From: Octopus sinensis
Taxonomy: Eukaryota
Direction of reading: 5' to 3'
Length of the DNA stretch: 64,000 nucleotides
NCBI RefSeq assembly: GCF_006345805.1
Contig: NC_043016.1
Coordinates: 3,162,001-3,226,000 of the forward strand
Positions 12,467 to 25,844 of the stretch are shown piece by piece; the first letter of the stretch is position 1; each line of letters opens with the position of its first letter. The position numbers and the translations under genes were made by a program. Below the pieces are notes generated by a model, which saw only the letters and a list, made by a program, of their open reading frames with translations, did not search any database and was not told where the DNA came from.

Positions 12467-15041
12467 TATTTCATAACATTTGCCATAAAGGCAGTACATA
12501 GAGTAAAGTGGCTTTGCGGGCTGGACGAGGACATTAATGAAATGAATGATAATGAAAGAAAGATGATAAGGATGGGAGAAGATAAAAAGCGCCCGCCGAC
12601 TTCTGCTTCTCTAAAACATTGTTCTTTTAAAAACAAACACAAACCGAGGTATTAAACCTCTTACAATTTTTACAACTTTTCAATTTTTGGACTTAACAGT
12701 CCATTACTAACAAAAACATAGTTCAATAATTACATATGATATAAATACAATACACAAAGCCCCTCCTCCCAGACCTGGCTAACACTTCCCTTAGGAATGC
12801 GCCAGCTCTAGGTCGGGGCCCCTCAAGTCGTAACTAAACATGTCCTATCAAACCTAAAAAATACATTATCACTTCTCCCTTCCTCCTCTTTCCAGACCTC
12901 CAGTCAAATATCTAGCCGTCTGCAGAGCAGACCACGTTGATAGCTGGGGGTTTAGAAGGAAGGCGAAGTGCCTGTTATCACATGTTTGTGTCACACAGTG
13001 CCACAATTTATGACTCATCCTCAAAATAACTTGTGCCCGCATTCTCTGCCATCCACCAGGCCTCCCTCAGAACCAAATCGACTTCCGTGTTAGCGTTGCC
13101 CGCGAACAAGCTATAACCCTCATTGAGCTCCTTCAGCCCAAGCATCACGTCGAACCCCACGGCCTCCACTGCTACCTGCGGAGGCCATTCGGGGTCCTGT
13201 GTGAAGGCCAAAGGTGCTCCCTTATGGTGCTTTTCCATCACCTTTTCAATCTCTCCGCCTCTATGGAAGAAGATCAATACATCGTCTTTCCTCGGGGGCG
13301 GGATATTCAGTTCTTTCGTTGGCGGCACAGCTCCCGCCAACGGTGTTTCTTCTCCTGTCGGTTGCACAACCCCAACCAACGTAGTTCTGGGACATTCCGG
13401 TACTATGTCACCGACTGCCGGTAATGTCCCGTTTCTCTTCCTCTTTCTCTTTTTTTTCTTTTCAACTGAGGGAGGGTGCGCCTCCTCCGTGACCGGAAGA
13501 TTCGCCTTTCCCTCCTCATCCCTAGTATCCTTTAGTAGCACCCATTGTTGCTCACCTTCTTCCTCTTTCGGCCTCTGTTTGAGAAGTCCTCCGCTTCCTC
13601 GGCCGTCTTCATTCCCTCTTCTACAGGGGCCTCACTTAACTGCTCCAGGATCTTATTTTTTCCCCGGGGACAGTTTTTCTTTATATGGCCGGACTCCAAG
13701 CACCGATGACACCTAGGGGGACGACCCTCCAGTATCACCGGGTACCTTTACCCGGCCATTTAAAAAAGATCTGGAAGAACCAGATTGGCTGATTGGGTCC
13801 AGAGGGTCAAAATTGCTTTTGACCCAACCCAAACAGCCGCAGGAAGAACTTTCACATTAAGAAGCTTAGTTCCGCTGCCACCCAGACCCCGGCGGATAGT
13901 CTCCTCTATCCACTCGGGTTTTATCCCGGTTGGCAGCCCGCAGATCCAAGCTTTCGTCAATCTCTTTCCATGATACGTGGGCAGAAATAAAATTTCCTTA
14001 CCCTCCAGAAGTTCACTAGCAAATTTGCAAGCCTCTTCAGGGGTGTCACATAGCAACCACACCGTTGCATATCTGACACCCCTGGAAATGAATTTAATTG
14101 TTGGCAAATACTCTGCCAACTCCTTTTCAATTGCCATCTTTTCGAACAGGGCGATGGTGTCGAGTGCCTTGGAGTAGGTTCTCAACACCACCTTCACGGT
14201 CTTTTAACCACTTTTTAGGCGGTATAATCTCCCATTCCAAAATTTTGTCATTTTTCATTGCCATATTTTTTGTTTTTTTTTTCTTAAATATATTCAAAAT
14301 AAAACTTTAAAAAATGAGAAGAAAAAGAAATCAAAAGAAAGTCACAATAAACAAAACGGAGAAAGTCAAATAAAGTTTAGAAGGAAGTCAATAGTTCAGG
14401 AACACAGCAAAAAATCTTCTGGCCATTCGGTACTTCCGGCCTAAATTGAATCCGGAACGCCGCAACTGGAACACAACTTCCACAAAAATTGGTATTAAAT
14501 TAGTAAAAATTGTTCAAACTTCGGAGGCAAAACACTCCCCTATATAGCAGTTCTCACAATTCTTAAAGTTCTCCAATGCACAATACAGTTCTTATAATTA
14601 AGTGAGAAAAATATTCACTCAATTTATCGAAGACGAATACACCCCCCAGAAATTCTCACAATGGTAAAATAAATCCAACCGCAGCACAATTAGTCCTTTC
14701 TACCTTGGTACTCCGTGGTAAATCCAGTGGAAAACACAAAGACAATTTCAGAAGCAAACAAATTAATTTTTGCGGAGGGACTACGCCTCCTCAAAAACAC
14801 AATTCTCACTGCTAAGTGAGTCTTTACGCTCGACCACAAGCAGGAAAATGTCTGGAGCAGAGTGGAGTCTATTACTCACCAAGAAATATCAAATACAGAG
14901 CAACAAACTCCACTAAGCCCTAAAAAAATACAACAAACGCCTACCTGTAGTCGTGCTTCCAAAATGTTCACTTTTCACGTCGCAAGACGTGACATTCAAG
15001 CTGCATGAAACATGCGAACTTTTCTGTCAGTGAGGTTAGCG
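12467..15041 (-). mobile_element. L1/Tx1-related retrotransposon carrying only ORF1 (HAL1-like), inserted in a SINE
   Basis: TSD AGCTACTT at 12459-12466 and 15042-15049; ORF1 with CCHC knuckle CHRCLESGHIKKNC; ends in ..GAAATAAA; no EN/RT seen. Confidence 0.75.
13008..14264 (-). pseudogene. Gag-like LINE ORF1 with zinc knuckle, disrupted
   Basis: ATG at ~14264; ORFs 13760..14197 and 13532..13738 are in one frame with internal stops; frameshift into 13008..13541; EGRPPRCHRC..GH..KNC. Confidence 0.8.
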
Positions 15042-15072
15042 AGCTACTTACCACACAGCCACTCCTGCGCCT
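15042..15072 (-). mobile_element. SINE family B 5' head, displaced by the insertion
   Basis: Reverse complement AGGCGCAGGAGTGGCTGTGTGGTAAGTAGCT matches other family B heads. Confidence 0.9.
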
Positions 15073-15349
15073 ATATGTGTATATAATATATATATATATA
15101 TATATATCTGCACAAATTTTGATATCCTAAATTGTATACTTTATTAATACACATTCATATGGAAGGCACCTAGACTGATCCAGTCCTTTCTGGAACCCCT
15201 CCCCACCATCAGACCAATCAAACACCCTGTGTGACTAACCGACCAAATAGGCTGCGTGGCTAGCTTGCCTGAAACTCTCCCCCTCCCCAAACCACCTGCT
15301 TCTTACCAGCAGCCTAGCCAAACTTTTAATAGAAATGCTATCTATCTAA

Positions 15350-16065
15350 CAATAATTATTAACTTAACTGTAAGAACCCCCCGCCTTTTTGCCATGGCTG
15401 TCGGGCCATCGGTGGGTAACCCGGCCACCCCACAGAGCTCGCTTTGTGAAGAGGGTGCGTTTTGCTATTTGGTCATCCTGCTGGAGGGAATGCAAGATCT
15501 GACTAAGGGCAAATGAACACACGAGTCAACGGCCATCGACAACTCTTTCACCAGCTGCTGAGCACTGAATTGGTGCCCCGCGCAAGATAACTCACTTAAA
15601 TTTCTAAGGACAAAAAAGGCCCTTTCAAGTCATTTTAGACAAGCCGTTCTTGTGATGGTGTTTGGATAAGAATACAAGTGGTTGAGACAACTTATCAATA
15701 TTTACTTTTGTATGAGCGTAACGAATAATAGAATTAACATAAACAACGGCATAAAGGAGTGCGGACTACAGGTGGCGGACTTTTGTCCGGCACGTACCCT
15801 GTGGGCGAGCAGCACAGATCCAGTGGTCATTCTACTGCTGCTAGAACGAAGACAATGGACCAAGACAATAAATATAGATGTAATGGAATGTCATTTTTGT
15901 TTTTGAGTAGATCTACTGGCAATAAAGGGAGACACATAAGAGGATATAAAAAGAGGTTGCATGACATATAGATGGAGAAGCAAGGCTCAGATATTACAGA
16001 AGAGAGAGACTGTGACCAGGTAAGTGCAATAAGGAAGAAAGGATGGCTAACAGTGTTAGAGCTCG
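15350..16065 (+). mobile_element. R4/Dong-like LINE 5'UTR and N-terminal fragment
   Basis: RRQWTK..VMECHF..RGYKKRLHDI..CDQVSAIRKKGWLTVLEL, homologous to ORF 28173..28544. Confidence 0.75.
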
Positions 16066-16200
16066 ATAAGATTAGGAAACAGTTTTCGTATTTTTCTGTC
16101 AAGATTACATATTTCAATACTTGACCAGTTAACGATATTGAAACTGTAAGCATGGATGGCCATCTGTTGGAATATTCCGATTGTGGAGTACTTCCTGCTC
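16066..16200 (-). mobile_element. R4/Dong-like RT-thumb fragment
   Basis: AYSFNIVNWSSIEICNLDRKIRKL. Confidence 0.7.
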
Positions 16201-16259
16201 CTGTGTGTCGGGAAGATTTGAACCAGTAGCTGATTTTTTCGAATCGAATCTGGTTCATC

Positions 16260-16633
16260 ATTCGAGCACGTGGCCCTTTGTAATCCGGTCAATGACCATT
16301 CCGGTTTGTATTTTGCATTTTTGTCAGTGTGGTATGGCGAGCTTCGACGTTGCTATTAGGGGACGGATCTGTCTCTTTAAGGTTAATTTTTTGAGAAAAC
16401 ACTGTCTCTGTGTACTCTGCATGTGATCATTGCTCGTAACGTAGCATCTTAAAACTAGCATATCTGTATCGAGTACGTGACCCTTTGTGATCCGGTCGAC
16501 GACCAATCTGGTTTGTAATTTACTTTGTTACCAATGAGGTATGACGAGCTTTTGAGACAACACTGTCACCGAGTTCTCTGCATGTAGACATTGCTCATAA
16601 CGTAGCTTCTTAAGGCTAACAGATCTATATTCG
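16260..16633. repeat. Diverged tandem duplication (~210-bp unit, second copy internally deleted)
   Basis: TCGAG(C/T)ACGTG.CCCTTTGT.ATCCGGTC.A.GACCA starts at ~16262 and ~16469; CACTGTC..CTCTGCATGT..CATTGCTC.TAACGTAGC occurs twice. Confidence 0.85.
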
Positions 16634-17139
16634 TTTGTATTTTGTTGATTTATTTATTTTCGAGCATAGTTTTTTGTGGTGATTTTAAACTTATAAATGG
16701 TTCGCTTTGTCTGTATTAGCTCGAAAAATAAAAATAAGAAAAAAGTTTTGTTTTTGTTTCTGTTTCGTTTGTGATACGTGTTTTCATATGCATAAATGTG
16801 TGTCCTGTAAATTTCACGTTGTTGTGTAAACATTGAGATATATCTGTAGTCCTATGGGAATCAAAATGTACATATGATTGTGTAGACATTCGAGTGTATG
16901 CGTAATTAATCAATTTATGCACTTATTGTTTTGTTCCATTTCTATTTTATAATTTGTAAACTTACCAGTGTTGATTTCGCGTGTGTGTTTCGCATATACT
17001 TCCCTATGATATCGTACATAGGAGAAACTGTGATTTGTATGGCAGGAAAAAATCGTTTTTTTGTTGAATTATTTTCGTTAAAAGACTGCTTCCATTAAGT
17101 CTTCTGCAGGTTCTTTTATCTAATTCCATCGATGTTATT

Positions 17140-18660
17140 GGATTAGATTTGTTTTTGAATGGGGAACCCGGTGTAGCACATCCATGTTGTTATTCAGCGC
17201 AGGGCTTGCAAGTCATCAATCTTACATGGGATTTCTAGTTGCCTTAAGAAGCTTTGAAGTTTCAATGGGATTGAGCCCAACGCTCCGATCACCACTGGTA
17301 TCACTTTTACATTAACCTCTCGCATTCCATACACTCTTGCAATTTCCACTTTCAATTCAAAGTACTTGGTGAGATTTTCAATCTCTTTACTCACAACATT
17401 CATGTCATTTGGTATGGCTACATCAAGGGTCTGACAGTATTTGCCTTTCTTATTCAATATGACATCATCTGGCTAACGGTCTTCGATTACACGATCCGTC
17501 AGAAAATCATGGTCTCAGAGTATCGTTGCATCGTAACTTTTCCTTCCTCCTGCATAACTTTACTTGGTACATGCTCATACCAGTTTTCTGTTACTTCATA
17601 TCGGTATTTACGGCATAAGAGCCGTTGAAGATACACACACACTATATTGTGACGGCGCATTTCCGGGTGTCACAAGTTTTATAGATGTTATACTTCACTG
17701 AATTGATATCGAGAGACTGATATTGTGCAGCAATAATCAGGCTTTTCAAACGTTTCAAACCACCTCCCTTCAAGCCATGCCCACGATGCTGTATTGTCCT
17801 TAACGTCTTGTATGCTCCTTTCAAACTGTCCATACATTTTCATTTCAAGAAGGTCTTCTTTTCTCTTCTCCTCATCTCTTCGGTTATATTCTTCCTTGCC
17901 CATCATTTCATCTGCATTTACACACATCTATTTCGCGGCATATTGCAGCAGGTTTTCATCACGATTTATCAAATACTCGGCAAGTGTTCTCCTTTCACCC
18001 CTTATACAATGGTCATATAGTCTGTTTACGTTTGCATTAGTGTGTAGCACCCCATGAAGCGTCATCAACTTTGACATCTCTCTATCCAGTGTTGATATTT
18101 CCTCCTTAGTCCATTTGAGGATGGACGCACTGGATCTGACCACCGCAACTGCCCAGATATTCATTGCGGTAATCAAATTTTTGGCATTCAGGTTGGATTT
18201 CAACACCATATTCACCCTTTTTTGATACGCGTCGTCGAGCTTGACTTTCATTTCTCTGTATAGAATTTCATCCGGCTCCAAAATCCCTAAGTATCTATAC
18301 CCACTACCGTTGAGTTCACCCATGGTCTCTCCTGGTGGTTACCGCAATATTCTGCAGGCTGCCCTCTTCCCTCTTTTCATATTAAGTACTGAGCATTTGG
18401 TAACCCCAAATTCTATACCGATGTCCCTTCTGGACTATTTCGATTAAGGAATCTATCTGTTTTTTGGGGTTTTTTTCAGATTACCCAATTTCAGGTCATC
18501 CATAAACAGAAAGATGGTTCAATGACGGGCCTTTCTTTTCACATCGGTAGGCCATTTTGATTTTCCTAAGAGTCATCGCTAGGGGTATTAGTGCAATTAC
18601 AAAAAGTAACGGTGAAAACGAGTCTCCTTGGAAGATTCCCTTTTTAATATTAACTTATTC
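17140..18660 (-). mobile_element. R4/Dong-like LINE, RT through RLE, disrupted
   Basis: GIFQGDSFSPLLFVIALIPL (~18580-18640), FMDDLKL (~18490-18510), YRYLGILE, LIIAAQ.Q.L, LDVAIP..KY..VIPVVIGALG. Confidence 0.9.
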
Positions 18661-18744
18661 AATGAATACATTGAGTACAATTTGGTTTTCCACTCTTTCA
18701 TATGGTGAAATTGCTATGGGATTTCAATGTGACACTGTTTATTG

Positions 18745-19150
18745 TGGCAAGATGATCTGATTTGATCTTGGTTGAGAAAGAAAGACATTTTTTGATTATC
18801 GACATCGCTACCCTAGATTATTACCGCGTTGTAGAGAGGGACAAATAAATAGGTACCAAGATTTGAAACACGAGATTGCACGTTTGTTGGAACTGAAGAA
18901 CTGGAAGTTTTACCTGTTGTGATAGGGGCACCTGGAACCGTTGCAAAACAATTTCGGAAGTAACCTGGCAGGCTTGAGATCACTGTCAAGACTAAGACGC
19001 TCCAGAAAACATCACTACTTGAAACAGCCAGATTTTGAGAAGAGTTATGTCAATAGAATAAGAAAGTTGACTGGACCCATGCTCATTGGTTATGAACCGC
19101 TCCTGATCAAAATATATCGACATACAATCAGTCTCGCAGACAATAAAAAA
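18745..19150 (+). mobile_element. R4/Dong-like LINE 3' end (RLE), degraded
   Basis: DLILVEK..LIIDIA..RYQDLKHEIARL..LPVVIGAPGT..LQKTSLLETAR. Confidence 0.75.
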
Positions 19151-20100
19151 CACGATAGACGTACATCATCGATCTCGTCGAGATCATCGTCATCAAGCTG
19201 GATTTAGGAAGCAGCCAAAATAATGAAAGAAAACTACATTTTGATGTAAATCACAACAGGAAAACCAACAAAATGTTGTTATGATATCAAACTCTACGTT
19301 GCCGCAGCAAATTAGATGTATGAACTATTCTTGTGAGAGATATATACATCGGAACTCTGAACGAAAGTGTGAGTACTAGAACTCATCATATATATGAATT
19401 TCATTACTACACATATGCACATCGCAATCTCTCGATTATACCAATATAATATCTGTGTTTATATAATTCTACAACATGTAGTAGCCTCCATAGTCTACAA
19501 TGCAAAGAAGCATCGAGCGCACGGTATTTAAGCACATTTAACAAAAGCTGCAACAAGTATCTTTAGTTTCTTCTTAAACAGTAGAATGGGACAGCTGTGT
19601 TCATTGAAAAAACCTCCCAAGAAATAGAGGTGAATTTCGTTCTGCGAATCTTTGGTAATTACGATACGTAAGAAGTCTTAGCACACAGTCGGAGGCAGTG
19701 TTCTATCAAAATGTTCATATTGAACAGACGTTCCCATCTCTTAATGCAAAGATAACTAGTACAACTGCCGGACGATGTATATTTATTTAAGTCCTCCACA
19801 CAGATAACTGCAGTTTACATTTGAAAGGCTCAATCTCCCGAATCACAGCAAAGTGATTTTGGAAAACAAATATTGTAAAATAAATAGTTTATATGAAAAC
19901 ATCAACAATACTGCTGGATACGTCCTATTGATCTCTGAGCCGAGAGCCTTAATACGTTTCTTTCTTCTCTATCATTGTGCCTTATATATGAAGAAATTAG
20001 TATCCATTCATGACTAGTTTGGTATTAGAATCCCTGAACCTTTAACAACTAAAGTGCATGATGTTTGTGCAGAACCTGGGTGCAATAAACGTTTCGGATT

Positions 20101-20158
<58 letters not shown>

Positions 20159-20429
20159 CATGGTACAATAGTATAAAAATTTCGTAGACTTCCAGATGAA
20201 TATTTCTCTGTTATTTTTGGAAGAGTTTCATTGCAAATTTAATGAAAGTTTTATTCTCATCATGTTGCCCGATCAAACACTTTTATTCAATCTATTTTAA
20301 GATTTTTTTTTCACCTTTGTTAGTTTTCGCTGATTTATATATTTTTCTCGCCATTAAACACCAAAGTAAGTACCTCCTCCCTCGTACTAACAACAATAGT
20401 AACAGCACCTGAAACCAGTTCGCACATTT

Positions 20430-20523
20430 CTGTGTGTGTGGTGTGTGTGTGAATGTGTGTGTGTTTGTGGTGTGTGTGTGTGTGAGTGAGAGTGTGTGTC
20501 TGTGTGTATGTGTGTGTGTATGG

Positions 20524-20554
<31 letters not shown>

Positions 20555-21118
20555 TGTGTGGTGTGTGTGTGTGTGTGTGCATGTGTGCTTGTTTTGCGTA
20601 TTGATGTTGCTTTCATATTTTATTTTCGTCGCTATTGTTCTTGTGGTAGTTTTCGTTAAAAATTATTGTTTCCAATTTTTATTAGTAGCTGTAGAGACGG
20701 TGGGTTATGGTGGCGTTTGTAGCAGTGGTGGAGGTTGTAGTGATAATGTTGAATAAATATGTGGCGGGTCTGATGGTTTATGTGGTCGGGGTGTGTTTTG
20801 AAAAGAGTCTTTGTGATGAGAGTTGGTCAGATAGGTGACGATACTGAATTTTGTCCATAAAGTGTCAGCTGTACCATTATTTTATTAACATCACCATTGT
20901 AACATTATTTCAGCACCACCACCACCACCACCGCCGCCGCCGACACCATCATCGTCATCATCATCGTCGTCGTCGTCGTAAGATTTCCATTGTTGCTGCT
21001 GTTGTTGAATATGGATGGGCTCTTGATGCTGTAGATATTATTTTGTTGTCGTTTGTGTTTCATGTTTTGTGTCTATTATTCTTATTTCTCATTTTATTGC
21101 TTCTGGTGTTTTCTGCAT

Positions 21119-21174
<56 letters not shown>

Positions 21175-21486
21175 TACACCATCATCATGATCATCAACTG
21201 GTGTTGTGATGATGATGGTGGTGGTGGTAATGGTGGTGGTTATGGTGGTGGTGGTGGTGGTGGTGGTTTTGGTAGTAGTGTGTTGCTGGTGGGGATGGTT
21301 GTTGTGGTAGTAGAGGTAGTGGCGATGCTTTCATTAACTGTTTTCTTTTCATAGCTAAGCAGCTTATGATTATGTTCATCCCCCTTTGTTAACTTGCTTT
21401 CATATTTCAAGCGTTGATCTGATTCTCTCCTCTTTTTCACAGTGTTAGCCTTTCTTTCTCTCTCTTTCTTTCTCTCTCACTCTCTG

Positions 21487-21525
<39 letters not shown>

Positions 21526-21604
21526 ATCATATATGTTTATATACACATACGCATATATATGTATATACATATCTATATACATACACACACACACACACAC
21601 ACAT

Positions 21605-21656
<52 letters not shown>

Positions 21657-21820
21657 ATGTAAATATATATATGTATGTATATGTATTCATGAGTGTATAT
21701 GTGTGTGTGTGCGTATGCGTTACTATATATATACGCGTACACCATCACATACATACAGGCACGTACATACATATATTTATATATGTAATCATACATCCAT
21801 ACACACAGATACACACACAG

Positions 21821-21858
<38 letters not shown>

Positions 21859-21865
21859 CACATAT
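20430..21865. repeat. Cluster of simple repeats (TG, CAC/CGT, GAT, GGT, CT, TA, CA)
   Basis: Directly visible low-complexity tracts. Confidence 0.9.
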
Positions 21866-22633
21866 AGAGAATAGGTTAGTAAAAGTCTCCCCACCCCTCA
21901 CACGATCATCCTTTTTACACGTCTTTTATTTTATTTTGTTTTATAATTATTATTGATTTATTTATCATTTATTCATGTGTCCTTTTTTCCGTTTAAGTTC
22001 TTCACTTTTGTGACAACGTGTGTTTATATATTTTTTTCCTTTTTATTACAATTTTCCTTTATGACTTCTTTCGTCTTTCTATTTGTTCTTTTTTTATCGT
22101 TCAATTTCTTTTGCGTTTTGTTCCTTTCAAGTGCACTTCTCTCTATTTTACTATCTTTATCTCTCCCCTAAAATTTCAATCGCACTATTTCTTTTTCATT
22201 GGTAATAATTTTTTTTGCTTCTCTCTTTCTCTCTCTCCTCCTCTTTGATTTCTTTCTTCGAATAATTAAAGAAAATTTACTTGCTTCTTGGGAACTATTA
22301 TATAACCATTTCTATTAGAATCATAAAATCTAATTTAATATAGAAATAACCATATTCTTCTACAAAAGTTTATACACACGCGCACACACACACACAAGTG
22401 TGTGTGTGTGTCTTTAAGCATATGCTCAAATGCGCAAACGCATGCTTACTTATATACTTACATACAGGCAGATACGTATACTCTTGAAGATACACGTACG
22501 TAAAAAACCGTGCATATGTACATGCAAACTGGTATTTGAGATTCATTGTATGCATATAACGTTTACCGGTCTTATAAAAAAATGCTCTATTTCTCTCTGT
22601 ATACGTTCGTAGTAATATATAGATGTCTGTGTG

Positions 22634-22816
22634 TGTTTCAAGTCATCTGAGAGTGGCCATGCTGGAGCACCGCATTTAGCCAAACAAATCGACCCCAGGA
22701 CTTATTCTTTGTAAGCCTAGTATTTCATCTATCGGTCTCTTTTGTCGAACTACTAGGCTATGGGGATTTAAACGTACTAACGTCAGTTATCAAGCGATCG
22801 GGGGATACAAACACAA
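22634..22816 (-). mobile_element. SINE family B, 3' half
   Basis: GGCCATGCTGGAGCACCGC..TCGACCCCAGGACTTATTCTTTGTAAGCC. Confidence 0.88.
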
Positions 22817-22861
<45 letters not shown>

Positions 22862-22921
22862 AATATATATATAAATATATACATAAATACATATTATATA
22901 TACATATATACATATATACAT

Positions 22922-22958
<37 letters not shown>

Positions 22959-22978
22959 ATACATACACACATATATAT

Positions 22979-23012
<34 letters not shown>

Positions 23013-23322
23013 CATACATCATATATAAATGAATGCATATATTTGTTTGCTTGTGTATATGTGTGTGTGCGTCTTAAGTGAATCAGAAAAATTAAAATAA
23101 ATTGGAATATTATAAAGCTTTGCTTTACGGGCATTAGAAATCCAATAACAGATATGGTATATTTTTATGAGAAGAAAAATGAAGGGAAAAATGGGCAGCA
23201 AATTATGAAAGGGTTCGTCAAGGGACTACATTCTCTTTTATTTTTAGTTTCTTGCACAAATAGACATCACGGAATATTTTAGATATACAAAAATGTTCAA
23301 AATATATCGATAAACTTTATAT

Positions 23323-23402
<80 letters not shown>

Positions 23403-24461
23403 GTATGATTATATGTTGAAGAAATACTTATTTCTATATTAAATCAGTTTTTGTTTTCATTATTCAAATAGTTTATTTAATTAATCGCAAGAAGCAACTA
23501 CATTTTCTCTAATTATTCAAGAAAGAAAGATAGATTGAGTGTGAGAAAGAAATCCTACTATTGAGAAATTACGGGTAAGTTTGCAATGCAAAGTTGTATA
23601 TATTAGAAAGAAACAAAATGCACAAGAAATGAACGGATAAACGGGAAGAAATAGAAATACAATCAGAAAAAAATGCATGAAAGGCACAGACTAATCGCGC
23701 ATTGTATCAAAACTGAAGAACTTAATGGAAAAAAAGCAACGAACAATAATTAAATAAACTTGCTTTTACCTATTTATATTACAGTTAGGTATTCTAATAT
23801 CTAAATTTACTTTAGTGCATTTGATTCACACTCTGTTGTATATATACAAAGAAAATATTGATTGCAATGAAATGTTGTCCAAATTGAAATATCCACTACA
23901 GTGGTAGTCTAATTTATGATTGTTATACATAGCAGTTGCTTAAGCTGAGCTGGCTGTGGAAGAAACCGAAAAATATTTCTCTAAGCATTGATCAGACTGT
24001 CATTGATTCCCCTATCTCGTTCACATTCATCAACGTCATACAAGAACAGGTTTTGCATTCCTATTTTCCTCACGGCTGGAATATGGATATGCGTTATGTA
24101 TGGATATATGTACAGATGCATACGTATATATATGTGCATTTGTATTTATGCATGTATGTATGTACGCCATTACTCAGTTTCATTTCAACATTTCTTGCCA
24201 ATAGAGAAAGAGCTCGTTTCAAGATCCAAGGCTCCTTCACTGGAATTTAAAAAGTAACAAAAATGTATGTAAGTTTGTATCTATGTATGTATGTAAGTAT
24301 GTATGTATGTATGTATGTATGTATGTATGTATGTATGTATGTATGTATGTATGTATGTATGCATGTATGTATGTATGCATGCATGCAAAATTGTGTGTTT
24401 TGTTTTTATCTATGTCTTCTCATGCATATACTTGTATGACTAGACATTTTCATATATATTT

Positions 24462-25300
24462 AAATGAAAGTTTTACAGGTTTTTACAGTTCCAGTGATGG
24501 ACTGGACCTGTAGTCTTCAAATCAGCTTTCACCTTTCCGATTTTGAGAAGCCTAATTTCTCAAGATTGGTATTTAGGCAGTGTGTTACATATCCCAGGAC
24601 CCCAATAATTACAGGTATAGACCTGAACTTGTAATCTGGATAGAGTAACTGCCGGGTTCTTAATAGTTCAGTGTAGATATTTTCTTTTTCTCTGATCTTT
24701 AGCTTTTTGTTAACATTCACTGGACAGCTAATTTCCACAACTGCACACAGTTTCTCTTCTCTAATCCAAATTACTATGTCAGATCCATTATGTTTTAATT
24801 TTATTGAGGTTTTCACTTGGATACTTCATCACTATTCCTTCTTTTTATTATGATTACTTCTGACTTCTACCATACCGTAGGTTCTTTTTTGTTATCCTTC
24901 CGACAGATTTCATTATAGAGTGTTCTAGCTACAACATAATGTCCATTCGGTAGATAATACCGTGACGATACTTTCGGATAACTGCTTCAGACGTGAATGA
25001 TATCTTCGGTTTTAACTTCACACAGTCTGCATCGGTTATCACAATTTGCTACTTTTCTTGCATCTCTGTCCCTTTCGTGCATCAGGTAATTGGGTGATAT
25101 TTCTTGTTCCTAGATTACAAACGCATACCATCCCAAAGATAGGCTGCTTTCCTGATCAATATTACTGTCAGCCCGAAGTTTTCTACTAACATATCCATGC
25201 ATGCCCTTCTGCTCATATTCGCTCATACTTTCATCTTATGATACGTTGCGGTTGAGTCGTGCAACTTCTTTGGGCGTGTATTGACGGTTATTAATGCTTG
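24462..25300 (-). mobile_element. R4/Dong-like LINE 3' fragment (distinct subfamily)
   Basis: FVI*EQEISPNYL, DNRCRLC..EDIIH, DIVIW..CAVVEISCP..IPVIIG.LG..LQVQSITGTVKTCKTF. Confidence 0.85.
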
Positions 25301-25635
25301 CTCTTAGGCAGCACAGATTAGAGCCTCCGTTTCCGGCCTTAAATCACTTTTAGTCATCCATAACCATATTTTTTTCTCTGTCTGTCTTATTTTCAACATC
25401 ACTATGAATTTGTTCATACATTCTTTTCTTTATAAACCTGTTTTCAGTTTCATTCATTTTCAAGTGCTTCATCTTTGTAATCTTCCAGCCTACAAAAACC
25501 TGACCTTCTTACTTCCAATAATAGCGGTTCTGTGGAATTTTACATACCATACTATGTAGTTTTCTTCTGCTCTAATGCTGTGTTCGCATCCAATCAGTCC
25601 TCTTCCCACTGTTCTTCTTGGTACTACAGACTACC
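25301..25635 (-). mobile_element. R4/Dong-like fragment, same subfamily as 26235-28835
   Basis: WLWMTKSDLRPETEALICAA, nearly the same as 26640-26790. Confidence 0.85.
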
Positions 25636-25712
25636 ATTATTATTATTATCACCATCATCGTCGTCGTCGTCGTCTTCATCACCATTATCATTATCATTAT
25701 TATTATTATTAA

Positions 25713-25752
<40 letters not shown>

Positions 25753-25783
25753 ATTATTATAATTATAATTATAATTATTATTA

Positions 25784-25831
<48 letters not shown>

Positions 25832-25844
25832 CATTAGTTAGTTA

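Noticed and set aside
19582-19630. Possible micro-exon, or MGQLCS myristoylation-like start
   Set aside because: The ATG frame stops after 13 codons; no supporting exons
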